From Polyangiales bacterium (GTDB lineage Bacteria; Myxococcota_A; Polyangia; Polyangiales; Ga0077539): a stretch of DNA of 64,000 nucleotides. Below, one piece after another: positions 52,916 through 62,512 of the stretch (its first letter is position 1; every line of letters begins with the position of its first letter). The notes under the pieces were generated by a model. It was not told where the DNA came from, searched no databases, and worked only from the letters and a program-made list of their open reading frames with translations. The DNA is taken from contig JBGARZ010000006.1 in NCBI GenBank assembly GCA_044229975.1, positions 384,001-448,000 on the forward strand, in the 5' to 3' direction. Both the position numbers and the translations under genes were made by a program.

Positions 52916-54072
52916 AGCTCCGCGGTCGCCCCTCTCCCGTCCGCGCCGCCGTCCCGAAGCACCGCTCGCCCGCGGGGCCCGTCGCGTCGATCGCCGCGCT
53001 CATCCTCGTCCTCCTCGCCATCGCCGCCGCCGTCGCGGTCTACCTCGCGGGCTGGCAGATCCAGCTCAAGACCCCGTGGGCGCTGCTCGCGCTGCCCGTC
53101 TCTTTACTCATCTATGTATGCTCGCGGCTTCTCTGGAAGCGCGTCGACGCCGTCCCCGGCGAGGCCCTCACCCGCTTGAAGGTCTCCCAGGGCGCCGCCC
53201 TGCGAGCCGTCCCCCGCACCGTGAGCGCGCGCCTGGTGCACCTGCCCGCGGCCCTGCGCGTGGCGGCCATCGTGCTGGTGGGCGTCGCGCTCTCGCGCCC
53301 GCAACGGGTCGACGCGCCCGACGCGCTGGAGCTGTCGGGCATCGACATCGTGATGTCCCTCGACCTCTCCGGGTCGATGCGCGCGGCCGACCTCCAGCCG
53401 ACGCGCCTCGAAGCGGCGAAGGAGGTGGTCGGCAACTTCATCCAGCGGCGCCGGAGCGACCGCATGGGGCTCGTGGTGTTCGGCCGCGAGGCGTTCACCG
53501 TGGTGCCGCCGACGCTCGACTACACGGTGCTCCAGCGCATGGTGAGCGCCCTCAGCCTGGAGCTCATCGACGGCTCGGGCACCGCCATCGGCGACGGCCT
53601 CGGAACGGCCCTCAACCGCCTGCGCCACAGCGACGCGCGCAGCAAGGTGGTGCTGCTGCTCACCGACGGCGCCAACAACGCCGGTCACGTCGACCCGCGC
53701 GAGGCGGCGCAGCTCGCGACGGCCCTGCGCGTGAAGGTCTACACGATCCTGGTGGGCACCGCGGAAGACGCGCCGGTGCAGCAGGGCGTCGACCTCGCGG
53801 GGCGCCCCGTGTACGTGCAGGCGCGCTTCGCCATCGACCCGCAGCTCCTGCAGGACATCGCCACGACGACGGGGGGACAGTTCTTCCGCGCGGTCGATCG
53901 AGCGGCGCTGGAGCAGAGCTTCCACACCATCCTCGACCAGTTGGAGCGCAGCAAGATCGCCGACGCGGGTGCGCGCTACGCGGAGCTGTATCCGTGGCTG
54001 GTGGTGGCGGCCCTCGCGCTGCTCGCGCTCGAAGGGTTGCTCGCGTCGACGCGGCTGAGGAGGTTCCCGTGA
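52912..54072 (+). CDS. batA: vWA domain membrane protein (BatA-like)
   Basis: ALSRPQ, DLSGSM MIDAS, DRMGLVVF, GTAIGDG, LLTDG. Confidence 0.88.
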   Translation: MKLRGRPSPVRAAVPKHRSPAGPVASIAALILVLLAIAAAVAVYLAGWQIQLKTPWALLALPVSLLIYVCSRLLWKRVDAVPGEALTRLKVSQGAALRAVPRTVSARLVHLPAALRVAAIVLVGVALSRPQRVDAPDALELSGIDIVMSLDLSGSMRAADLQPTRLEAAKEVVGNFIQRRRSDRMGLVVFGREAFTVVPPTLDYTVLQRMVSALSLELIDGSGTAIGDGLGTALNRLRHSDARSKVVLLLTDGANNAGHVDPREAAQLATALRVKVYTILVGTAEDAPVQQGVDLAGRPVYVQARFAIDPQLLQDIATTTGGQFFRAVDRAALEQSFHTILDQLERSKIADAGARYAELYPWLVVAALALLALEGLLASTRLRRFP

Positions 54073-55112
54073 GGTTCGGGGCGGCGGCGTGGTTGTGGCT
54101 GCTGGCGCTGGTTCCGCTGCTCGGCGGGCTGATGGCGTATGCGACGTGGGCGCGTCGGCGCGACCTCGCGCGCTTCGGCGACGTGCTGCTGGTGTCGAGC
54201 CTGCGCGACGGATCACCCGCGGGCTGGCGCGCGGCGCGCTCCGTGATGGTGTTGGTGGCGGTGGCGCTGCTCGCGGTGGGCGCGGCGCGTCCGCAGCACG
54301 GGTCGCGCACCGAGGTGGTCGCGCGGCGCGGCATCGACGTGGTGGTGTGCCTCGACGTGTCGAAGTCCATGCTGGCGCGCGACGTGGCGCCGTCGCGCAT
54401 CGAGCGCGCGAAGGCGGAGCTCGAACGACTGCTGACCGAAGAGCCGGGCGACCGCGTGGCGGTGGTGCTCTTCGCGGGCGACACGATGGAGTACCCGTTG
54501 ACGACCGACCACGAGGCGGCGACGCGCTTCTTCCGTGACGCGCACCCGTGGGACTTCCCGGTGCAGGGGACGTCCATCGGCCGGGCCATCTCGGCGGCGA
54601 GGGATCTCTTGCGGCGCGACCCGCTGGCGGCCAGACGGTCGCGGGTGATCCTGCTCATCACGGACGGTGAAGACCTCGACGGCGACCCGGTGGCGGCCGC
54701 GCGCGAGGCGGCGACGGACGGCGTGCAGGTGTACATCGACGCCATCGGGAGCGCGCTGCCGGAGCCCATCCCGGCGTACACGCCCGACGGCCGCATGGCG
54801 GGCTACGAGCGCGACTCGCGCGGCGAGATCAAGCAGACGCAGTTCACGCCGCAGATGGAGCAGCAGCTCCGCAACGTGGCGACCGAAGGACACGGGACGT
54901 ACTTCCGCCCGCGGCAGGGCGAGGTGGGCATCGACGCGATCCGTCGGCAGCTCGCGCGGCTGCGGCGCTCGGAGGTCTCGGAGACGCAGCGCACGGTGTA
55001 CGAAGAGCTGGCGTGGGTGGTGTTGTTCCCGGCGTTCGCGCTGCTGGTGGCGGCCTCGGGGCTGTTGCCGGAGCGGGTGCGGCGGCGCGCGAAGACGGGG
55101 GGTGCGTCGTGA
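54069..55112 (+). CDS. batB: vWA domain membrane protein (BatB-like)
   Basis: AARPQ, DVSKSMLARDVAPSRIERAK, PLTTD, QGTSIG, LITDGED. Confidence 0.88.
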   Translation: MRFGAAAWLWLLALVPLLGGLMAYATWARRRDLARFGDVLLVSSLRDGSPAGWRAARSVMVLVAVALLAVGAARPQHGSRTEVVARRGIDVVVCLDVSKSMLARDVAPSRIERAKAELERLLTEEPGDRVAVVLFAGDTMEYPLTTDHEAATRFFRDAHPWDFPVQGTSIGRAISAARDLLRRDPLAARRSRVILLITDGEDLDGDPVAAAREAATDGVQVYIDAIGSALPEPIPAYTPDGRMAGYERDSRGEIKQTQFTPQMEQQLRNVATEGHGTYFRPRQGEVGIDAIRRQLARLRRSEVSETQRTVYEELAWVVLFPAFALLVAASGLLPERVRRRAKTGGAS

Positions 55113-56008
55113 GGGCGTACGTCGTCGCGGGGGTGATGGCCGTCGGGCTGACGGCGTTTACGGTGTGGGCGTGGCCGCCGCGGGAAGAGCTGGAGCCGCG
55201 CGTGGCGCAGGGCAACGCGGCCTTCGATCAGCGGGAGTTTCCGCAGGCGCTGGGGCACTACGAGTCGGCGCCGGGCGATGGTGCGCGCAACGCCGGGGTG
55301 CACGCGAATCGAGGGCTGGCGAAGTTCAGGGTGTTGCTCGCGCCGGGTGACGGCGGCGTGCTGCCGGAGCTGGTGATGGACGCCGCGGTGCCCGAAGGGT
55401 ACTCCGGGGCACAGGACGAGATCCGCAACGCCGCGCGGGGCATGGCGGGCGCGCCGATGGAGGACATCGAGACGCAGGTTCGCGCGCGGGCGCAGTACAA
55501 CCTGGGCAACACGTACTTCTCGGAGCACTCGTGGCGCAACGCCATCGACGCGTACAAGGAGGCCCTGCGGCTGCGCCCCGGATGGGTCGACGCCGCGTGG
55601 AACCTCGACCTCGCGCGACGTCGCAAGGACGAAGAAGACCACCCCGACGCGGGGCCCGATGCGGGCCAGGACGCGAGCCAGGACGCGCCGCCGGGTGACA
55701 ACCCACCGAGCGACGCGCCGCCGAGCGACGGCAGCAGCGGCGGTGATGGTGGCGGTCCGGGCGACGGCGGCGGACAGCAGGGAGACAGCGGGTCCAACGG
55801 CGGCGACAGCGGCGCCAGCGGAGACAGCGGGTCCAACGGCGGCGAGCCCGATGGGGGCGCCGACCAGCAGCAGGACGCGTCGGCGCCACCGCCGCCGCAG
55901 TCGCTCGCGCCGCTCGATCAGCTGGAGCGCAACGCGCAGGACCTGCAGCAGATGATGCTGCGACGGCGCGCGGGTCAGACGCCGCGCAATCCGGACGACG
56001 AGCGGTAG
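55109..56008 (+). CDS. TPR protein with a low-complexity Gly/Asp/Ser tail (BatC-like)
   Basis: GNAAF, YNLGN, AIDAYKEALRLRP, AAWNL. Confidence 0.8.
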   Translation: MRAYVVAGVMAVGLTAFTVWAWPPREELEPRVAQGNAAFDQREFPQALGHYESAPGDGARNAGVHANRGLAKFRVLLAPGDGGVLPELVMDAAVPEGYSGAQDEIRNAARGMAGAPMEDIETQVRARAQYNLGNTYFSEHSWRNAIDAYKEALRLRPGWVDAAWNLDLARRRKDEEDHPDAGPDAGQDASQDAPPGDNPPSDAPPSDGSSGGDGGGPGDGGGQQGDSGSNGGDSGASGDSGSNGGEPDGGADQQQDASAPPPPQSLAPLDQLERNAQDLQQMMLRRRAGQTPRNPDDER

Positions 56009-56009
56009 C

Positions 56010-56573
56010 TCACGGCACGGCGCGCAGGTCGCCGATGGGCACGCTGCCCTGGGCCATCGTCCCCTCGTTGGACACCGCGTCGCCGACGATCGCCGCGCGC
56101 CACGTCATCATTCGCTGCCCCTCCAACTGGTAGACGAAGAACACCCACTCCCCCTCGGCCGGCACCTCCTGCTGCGCTGACGTCGTCAGGCCCGAGGACC
56201 CGCCCGCCGGGCACCCGAGGTAGTCGACCACGGAGTCCCGCCCGGTGCGGCTCACGATGTCCACCGCCGAAGGCGCCGCCCCGCCGAGCGCATCCGTCAC
56301 GCGCACCGTCGCCCCGAGCCGCTGGCTCACCAGCGTGAAGTTCGCGCCCACCATCACGCGAACGGGCGGCAGCGATCGACGCTCGCCCACCACCACGCCA
56401 CGAAACACCAGTCCTCCGACGCGCCGGACGTCCCGCGCCAGCCCTGCGACGCTCTCGGGCGGCGGCGCGGGAGACGCTGACACGTTGCTCGCGAGGCTCT
56501 CGTCGCACACCCCGCCCGCGTCGCCGCACCCCAACGCGCCCAGGGCCACCATCACCGCCGCGGTTCGCATCAT
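56010..56573 (-). CDS. Hypothetical lipoprotein
   Basis: MMRTAAVMVALGALGC lipobox. Confidence 0.65.
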   Translation of the reverse strand: MMRTAAVMVALGALGCGDAGGVCDESLASNVSASPAPPPESVAGLARDVRRVGGLVFRGVVVGERRSLPPVRVMVGANFTLVSQRLGATVRVTDALGGAAPSAVDIVSRTGRDSVVDYLGCPAGGSSGLTTSAQQEVPAEGEWVFFVYQLEGQRMMTWRAAIVGDAVSNEGTMAQGSVPIGDLRAVP

Positions 56574-56582
56574 CGCGCGAGA

Positions 56583-57353
56583 CTACCCCCGCGCTGTCAG
56601 CCCGTTGCGCGCGAGGTACCGCTTCGCCGCGAACCACATGACCCACGCCACCACCGCCGCGCCCACCGTCGCGGGCGTCTGCCGCGTCACCGCGAAATAG
56701 AACGCCACCCAGAACACCGCCGCGAAGGCCAGCCCGGCCCCGAAGCGCCGCTTCTCTCCCGCCGACACCGCGGGCACTGGTGACGGTGCCACCTCCGTCT
56801 TCTTCGCCGTCTTGATCACGCCGTCGACCACCACGAGACGACCGTCGCGCAGCTTCGCGGCGAGCTCGTCGAAGTAGGTCGTGAGGTCGGGCGCGATGAC
56901 GGTGCGCTCCCAGTTCTTCGCCGACACGCGAATCACCTGACCGGCGGTTCCGCCATCGGGTGGGTCAAGGTCGAGGCAGTAGAAGTCACTCGCGCCACCG
57001 AGGAGGGCGAAGGGAATCCAGCGGCGGTTCCAGTACTGCGCGCGCACGTGGCCGACCGCGGGGGCGACGTTGCGCTCGCCCGAGTAGTGCGCGTCGAGCT
57101 GCGCGATCATCTCGTCGCGCTCCGACACGATGGCCGCGAGCGGCAGGTACTGAACCATCGGAAACAGGTACTCGCTCCCGCCGAACTCCTCGCCATCGTG
57201 TTCACGCCAGGTCGCACGAAACGCATCGGGTAACGCGACCCCGAGGCTCTCCTCGAAGCGTCGCAGCGCCTCCTCGTCGACGGGGACTCCGAGGCGTTCG
57301 AGCCCGCTGGGAAGGTGCTCGCGCATCCACGCTTCGATTGGTCGCCAGGACAT
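56583..57353 (-). CDS. SMI1/KNR4 family protein with a C-terminal TM hairpin
   Basis: FEESLGVALPDAFR, HDG, WNRRWIPFA, CLDLDPPDGGTAGQVI, IAPDL. Confidence 0.88.
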   Translation of the reverse strand: MSWRPIEAWMREHLPSGLERLGVPVDEEALRRFEESLGVALPDAFRATWREHDGEEFGGSEYLFPMVQYLPLAAIVSERDEMIAQLDAHYSGERNVAPAVGHVRAQYWNRRWIPFALLGGASDFYCLDLDPPDGGTAGQVIRVSAKNWERTVIAPDLTTYFDELAAKLRDGRLVVVDGVIKTAKKTEVAPSPVPAVSAGEKRRFGAGLAFAAVFWVAFYFAVTRQTPATVGAAVVAWVMWFAAKRYLARNGLTARG

Positions 57354-57443
57354 CGCCACGGCGCTACACCCACGCCCGCCGCGCGGTCAACGCACCCGGC
57401 GGCGCCCCTCGCGCATCCACACATCCACTACGCTGTGAGCCCG

Positions 57444-58037
57444 ATGACCTCCGACGCCATCCGCCTCCTCGGCGCGCCCTTCCGCGGGTACGCCGAGCTC
57501 GCCGCGCAGGGCGATGCCCTCCACGCCCGCGCGCTCCCGTGGCGCCTCCTCGGCGTGCTCGGCGTCGTCGCGACCTTCGTCTCCATCACCACGTCCGGGC
57601 ACATCGTCCTCGCGCACCTCGCGTGGTCGGTGCTCGCGTGGGCCTTCCTCCCAGCGCTGCAATCCGTCGCGCTCGCGGTCGCGCTCCGCGGCGTCGCACC
57701 CGACCGCTCCCGTCGCGCGGCCTTCTCGCTGCTCCTGCTCGGCGCTACCCCGTGGCTGCTGTTGCTCCTCAGCCTCGCGGGCGTCTGCCTGTTCGCGCCC
57801 TCCGTCTCCGCTGTGATGCTCACCCTGCTACGCACGGGCGCGCTCCCCGTCGCGGTGCTCGTCGCGCTGCTGTGGGCGATGACGCTCACCGTCGCGATGT
57901 TTCGCGCGGGCCTGGGCCTGTCGCGGCGCGCCACCGCCGTCTGCGCGCTGCGCTACTACGCGCTGCTCGCGTCGATGATCATCGGCTACTACGTCGCCGT
58001 CGGGGAGCTGCTGCCGCTGCTGGGGGTGTTCCCGTGA
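57444..58037 (+). CDS. Membrane protein (~5 TM, possibly Yip1-like)
   Basis: Hydrophobic ORF; GTGA-coupled to the PHP gene. Confidence 0.65.
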   Translation: MTSDAIRLLGAPFRGYAELAAQGDALHARALPWRLLGVLGVVATFVSITTSGHIVLAHLAWSVLAWAFLPALQSVALAVALRGVAPDRSRRAAFSLLLLGATPWLLLLLSLAGVCLFAPSVSAVMLTLLRTGALPVAVLVALLWAMTLTVAMFRAGLGLSRRATAVCALRYYALLASMIIGYYVAVGELLPLLGVFP

Positions 58038-58927
58038 GGGCGCCGTGGATCGTCGCCGCGGGTTGCTTCGCGCTCGGTGTGATTGGCGGATCGCTCTACG
58101 ACCATCGCGACGTCGCGGCGCCCGCGCGACGCGGCGAGTGGCTGGTGCTGGAGGGGGACTTCCACGCGCACACGCGCTTCAGCGACGGGTTTCTGTCGCC
58201 GCCGGAGCTGGTCATGCATGCGCGTCGGCGAGGGCTGCACGTGCTGGCGGTGACGGAGCACAACCTGGTGTTCCCAGCGAAGATCGCGCGGTGGTTCGCG
58301 CGGGCGACGGGGTCGCTGCCGGTGATCATCGTGGGAGAAGAGGTGACCACCGCGGGCTACCACGTGCACGGCATCGGGCTGGAGCGGGCGGTGGTTCCGA
58401 CGCGGGACATCGGGCCGGTGATCGACGCGGTGCACGCGCAGGGGGGACTGGTGATCGCGGCGCACCCGACGCGACGGTTCTGGTCGACGCTGGTTCCGGT
58501 GCGCGACCGCATGGACGGAACGGAGGTGATGCACCCCATCGCCTTCCAGGCGGCGCGTAGCGGGTGGCGGTGGGAAGACCTGCGCGACTACTACGTCGAC
58601 GGCAACCGCGGGGCGCACCGGCTGACGGCCATCGGCGCGTCGGACTACCACTTCTTCAGCCCGCTCGGGCTGTGTCGCACGCTGGTGTTCGCGCGCGAGG
58701 CGAGCGAGGCGTCGGTGATGGAGGCGCTGCGGGCGGGGCGCACCGTGGTGTACGACCGCGACGGCCACGCGTGGGGTGACCCGGCGATGGCGGTGCTGCT
58801 GGAGCGCGAGCCGTACCGGGCGGGACCGCGCGACGATGGGTACGCGACGCGAGGGTGGTTGGACGGGGTGCTGCGGGTGCTCGGATGGCTGGGCGCTGTC
58901 GGGATGCTGGTGCTGCGCCGGAAGTGA
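58034..58927 (+). CDS. PHP-family metal-dependent phosphoesterase, membrane anchored
   Basis: DFHAHTRFSDG, VTEHN, GEE, AAHP, ASDYH; hydrophobic N- and C-termini. Confidence 0.88.
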   Translation: MRAPWIVAAGCFALGVIGGSLYDHRDVAAPARRGEWLVLEGDFHAHTRFSDGFLSPPELVMHARRRGLHVLAVTEHNLVFPAKIARWFARATGSLPVIIVGEEVTTAGYHVHGIGLERAVVPTRDIGPVIDAVHAQGGLVIAAHPTRRFWSTLVPVRDRMDGTEVMHPIAFQAARSGWRWEDLRDYYVDGNRGAHRLTAIGASDYHFFSPLGLCRTLVFAREASEASVMEALRAGRTVVYDRDGHAWGDPAMAVLLEREPYRAGPRDDGYATRGWLDGVLRVLGWLGAVGMLVLRRK

Positions 58928-58954
58928 CGATGGGTTGGGACGACGTGAGCTGTT

Positions 58955-59000
58955 CCGCCGCCACTCCCGCCGCCACCCCCGCCGCCACCCCCGCCACCCC
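58955..59000. repeat. 12-bp tandem repeat (ccgccgccaccc) ~3.8 copies, upstream of the Rpn-like gene
   Basis: Seen directly in the sequence. Confidence 0.85.
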
Positions 59001-59031
59001 TGCAACGACGGCGTTTCTCGGTGAGTCTCGC

Positions 59032-59046
59032 TGGCACGCGCCGCGC
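59032..59046 (+). promoter_or_regulatory. Possible sigma54 promoter (TGGCACG-N4-GCGC)
   Basis: Perfect -24 box with GG-N10-GC spacing, about 15 bp before ATG 59062; -12 box is non-consensus. Confidence 0.35.
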
Positions 59047-59061
59047 TCTGGGAGTGCGGTG

Positions 59062-59979
59062 ATGGCGACGCCGTTCGACAGCCTGGCGAAGGAGATCCTC
59101 GACGTGCTGTTGCACGACCTCGGTCAACTGGAGACCGAAGTGGACGTGCCCGCGCTCGCGTCGCAACGCTCGGACGCATTCTTCGTCCCCGACCCGTTGC
59201 GGGACGACGAGCGTCGCGCGTTGGGGCTGCTCGGTCGCATCACGGCGGTGGCCGCGCTGCTGGAGCCCTTCCACGGAGCGCCGAGCCTGGACGACGTGTT
59301 CGCGTGCTTGCGCAAGATGCTCAACCACCGCCACGCGATGCTGTTGGCGAAGCGTCCCGTGGCAGAGCGCGCGTGGTTGTTCTGCGGCAGGCGCCCCGAC
59401 GCGGCTCTTCGCGCGCTGGGTGCCGTGCCCGCACCTGGGTGGCCTTCGGGCGTCTATCACTTGAGCGTGGGGATGCCGATGTCCTTCGTGGTGCTCTCGG
59501 AGCTGGAGCAGACCGACGACACGTTGCCGCTCCGACTCATGGGCTCCGGTGCGACGCTGACGTCAGCCCTGCGAACACTGCGCGAGCGCTACGGCGTGTT
59601 GCCGCGTGGGCGTGCGCTGTTCGCTGAGGTGGTACAAGTGTTCCTGGCGGCGCGGAAGCGCGGCGAGCGACTCACGGAGGAGTTCATGGTCGATCTCACC
59701 GAAGCCTACGAGTACATGGATCGCCAGCACGAAGAGGGCCTCCAGAAGGGCCTCCAAAGGGGCCTCCAGAAGGGCCGCGAGGAAGGCCGCGAGGAAGGTC
59801 ATGAGGAGGGAGCCCGCGCGGTGCTGGCCCGCCTCACAGAGCTGAAGCTGGCGCGCCCGCTGACCGACGCCGAGCGCGCCGTGATGCTCCGTCGGCTCGA
59901 CCTCGACGGCGTCGAGGCCGTAGGTGTGGCCCTGCTGTCTCTCGATCGCGACGCCCTCGCGAGCTGGCTCACCGGGTAA
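59062..59979 (+). CDS. Rpn/YhgA-like PD-(D/E)XK-related protein
   Basis: FDSLAK, TEVDV, RSDAFF, LLEPF, GVY, SEL...TLPLRLMG; C-terminal EEGLQKGLQRGLQKGREEGREEG repeat. Confidence 0.75.
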   Translation: MATPFDSLAKEILDVLLHDLGQLETEVDVPALASQRSDAFFVPDPLRDDERRALGLLGRITAVAALLEPFHGAPSLDDVFACLRKMLNHRHAMLLAKRPVAERAWLFCGRRPDAALRALGAVPAPGWPSGVYHLSVGMPMSFVVLSELEQTDDTLPLRLMGSGATLTSALRTLRERYGVLPRGRALFAEVVQVFLAARKRGERLTEEFMVDLTEAYEYMDRQHEEGLQKGLQRGLQKGREEGREEGHEEGARAVLARLTELKLARPLTDAERAVMLRRLDLDGVEAVGVALLSLDRDALASWLTG

Positions 59980-60070
59980 CCATCTCGTTTGAGGCCCTCA
60001 CGCATCGCCAGCCTCACCGACGACAGAGAGGCGGGTTGTCGCTGTCAGCGGTCGCGCCTACGTCCCGCTC

Positions 60071-60604
60071 ATGGATCGGGGAGAAACCCTGTGGGGCCAT
60101 CACCCGCTGCACCGCAGCACGCGTGACCCCGCCGACATCGATTGGATCTACGTCGACTCGCTCGCCGTCTTCGAGGTCGATGACGGCGCGATGCTGGCGC
60201 TCCTGGGAGAGCCCGACATTCCGTTGGCGTCGGAGCACGGCGCTGACCGCTACGACGCGTGGCTCCGCACCTGCCCGTGTGGCCTGGAGCTCATCATCAA
60301 GCACGACCCCCGCGACCGTCTCGCCTGGTACGTCTCGGCGAGCGACCCCGACGTCGACCACGTGCTCCACCACGCCGCACTGCCTGGTCGCCTCCACTGG
60401 CGTGCTGATGAGGACCCGCACCTGATCCCGTTGCTGCGCGTCGAGCCGTGGCTGCTCCGCCGCTACGACGACAACGGCCAGCACTTCGACGTGCACGTCT
60501 TCGCCTCGCAGCTCGCCGCCGAGTGCTCGCTGCGCACCTTCGAGGCCCGCGGTCATCGCCAGACCTACGTCGTCGAGCGCGTCGACGTCGCGACCGCCGA
60601 GTGA
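60071..60604 (+). CDS. Hypothetical protein with a C-terminal RxDDNG...RGHxQxY domain
   Basis: ORF with typical codon use; C-terminal WLLRRYDDNGQHF...FEARGHRQTYVV. Confidence 0.65.
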   Translation: MDRGETLWGHHPLHRSTRDPADIDWIYVDSLAVFEVDDGAMLALLGEPDIPLASEHGADRYDAWLRTCPCGLELIIKHDPRDRLAWYVSASDPDVDHVLHHAALPGRLHWRADEDPHLIPLLRVEPWLLRRYDDNGQHFDVHVFASQLAAECSLRTFEARGHRQTYVVERVDVATAE

Positions 60605-60625
60605 CCTGCGTTACCCTCTGCGCCC

Positions 60626-60964
60626 ATGATCGTCGAGACGCCGAAGCCCAATGCCTTCTGTGAGACCGTTCTCTCGTGGCGCCACGAGGATGGCACCGAG
60701 ACGCCCATCACCGAGGTCTATGTCGGCCCCGAGGAGTACTCCTCCGTCGGCCCCTTCTTCGGCCACAGCTTCGACTGGGTGCTCTACAACCACTCACCGC
60801 TCAAGCTCGTGGTGCGTCGCTGGAAGACCCGCAGCGGCTACCCCGACACCGAGAACGAGCGCGAGTACCTCTCCCTCACCATCTACCTCAGCGCGGACTT
60901 CGGCCGCACGTGGCGCGAGCAGCACAGCGAGTCGCTCGGCGCCTACGTCGCGTCCAGCAAGTAG
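60626..60964 (+). CDS. Small hypothetical protein with one Asp-box (BNR) motif
   Basis: YLSADFGRTW matches S-x-D-x-G-x-T-W. Confidence 0.6.
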   Translation: MIVETPKPNAFCETVLSWRHEDGTETPITEVYVGPEEYSSVGPFFGHSFDWVLYNHSPLKLVVRRWKTRSGYPDTENEREYLSLTIYLSADFGRTWREQHSESLGAYVASSK

Positions 60965-60979
60965 CCCACTGCTCCTCCG

Positions 60980-61699
60980 ATGCCCTCTCGCGTCGTCCAC
61001 CAGACCGACGGCGTCGCCTGGATCGCCGCCAACCCGCTGCCGGCCGACCACGCCGTCGTCACGTCGCTGCCCGACCTCTCCGAAGTCCCATCGCTCGGCG
61101 CCGATGGGTGGCGCCGGTGGTTCGTCGACGCCGCCGCGCTCGCGTGTCGACAGGTCGCCGATGAGGGCGTGGTGGTGTTCTTCCAGACCGACGTGAAGCG
61201 CGAGGGCCGCTGGGTCGACAAGGGCTTCCTCGTGAGCCTCGGCGCCGAAGCCGCTGGATCACACCTGCTCTGGCACAAGGTCGTCTGCCGCGCTCCGCCC
61301 GCAACCGCCACCCCCGGGCGACCCGGATGGGCCCACCTGATGTGCTTCTCCCGCGCGCTCCGACTGGACACCGCCGGATCGACCGCCGACGTGCTCCCGC
61401 GCCTCGGCGAGATGACCTGGGCCCGCGCCATGGGCGTCGAGGCCTGCGAGGTGACGTGCCGCTTTCTGTTGGAACGCACGGTCGCCCGCACGGTGGTCGA
61501 CCCGTTCTGCGGCGTCGGGACGATGCTCGCCGTGGCCAACGCCTACGGGCTCGACGCGGTCGGGGTCGAGCTCTCCGCGAAGCGCGCCGAGCAGGCGCGG
61601 AGGCTCGTCGTCGATGTCACCGCGAAGGGCGATGGCCTCCCGACGGACAATGGCGATACGCTCCGCGACGATGACAGGGCGAACGTTCGCGATCGGTGA
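60980..61699 (+). CDS. SAM-dependent methyltransferase (beta-class N4/N6 DNA-MTase-like motif order)
   Basis: N-terminal VVTSLPD; C-terminal VVDPFCGVGT and GVEL. Confidence 0.75.
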   Translation: MPSRVVHQTDGVAWIAANPLPADHAVVTSLPDLSEVPSLGADGWRRWFVDAAALACRQVADEGVVVFFQTDVKREGRWVDKGFLVSLGAEAAGSHLLWHKVVCRAPPATATPGRPGWAHLMCFSRALRLDTAGSTADVLPRLGEMTWARAMGVEACEVTCRFLLERTVARTVVDPFCGVGTMLAVANAYGLDAVGVELSAKRAEQARRLVVDVTAKGDGLPTDNGDTLRDDDRANVRDR

Positions 61700-62414
61700 C
61701 ATCCACGGCGAGCTCGACGAGCTGCGCACGCTCTTCTCACGGATGCCCAACGTGGGGCGAGACGACACCGTGGTGTTCATGGGGGACTACGTCGACCGCG
61801 GGCTGAGCTCGCGGCAGGTGGTGGAGGTCGTGCGCGGCCTCGACCACGACCGCGGCTGCAAGGTCGTGTGCCTGCGTGGCAACCACGAAGACGCGTGGCT
61901 CAAGGTCATCGACGAGGGCTGGCCGGGCTTCGTGCTGCCGCCGAGCAACGGGTGCGTCGCGACCATGTGCTCGTACACGGGCGACGACCCGAGCGACCCG
62001 CAGACACCCGAGCGGGTGCGCGCGCTGCTGACGGGGTCGTTCTTCCCCGACGAGGTCATCGCGTGGTTTCGCGCGCTGCCCATCTGGTACGAAGACGAGC
62101 ACGCCATCTACGTGCACGCGGGCATCCACCCCGACGAGAGCGGGCAGTACCCGCACCCCCGCGACGCCGAAAACCCCTCGACGCTGCTGTGGACGCGCAC
62201 CGAGGCGTTCTTCCGCAACTACCGCGGCAAGCGCGTCATCGTCGGCCACACCCACACGATGGACCTCCCGCAAGAACTCTCCACGTACACCGTCGACGAC
62301 CCGACCGACCTCTGGGCAGGCCCCGCCGTCACGGCCATCGACACCGGCTGCGGCCGCGGCGGGTTTCTCACCGCGGTGGAGCTGCCCTCCATGACGGTCT
62401 ACGAGTCGCGCTGA
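61671..62414 (+). CDS. Metallophosphoesterase (PPP-type Ser/Thr phosphatase, ApaH/PrpA-like)
   Basis: IGDIHG, GDYVDRG, LRGNHE, VHAG, GHT, IDTG. Confidence 0.94.
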   Translation: MTGRTFAIGDIHGELDELRTLFSRMPNVGRDDTVVFMGDYVDRGLSSRQVVEVVRGLDHDRGCKVVCLRGNHEDAWLKVIDEGWPGFVLPPSNGCVATMCSYTGDDPSDPQTPERVRALLTGSFFPDEVIAWFRALPIWYEDEHAIYVHAGIHPDESGQYPHPRDAENPSTLLWTRTEAFFRNYRGKRVIVGHTHTMDLPQELSTYTVDDPTDLWAGPAVTAIDTGCGRGGFLTAVELPSMTVYESR

Positions 62415-62512
62415 AACCCCCGACCGCCCAGCATGACGGGCGCCGGGCTGCGGTGTAGACGTCGCATTTCGCGGTTGTCTAGGGCGGAATCGTGGGGATA
62501 GCGTCCCGACCC

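Noticed and set aside
59062..59979. Rpn-like gene as an IS transposase
   Set aside because: No terminal inverted repeats, target duplication or DDE motif; this family is often mislabelled as transposase.
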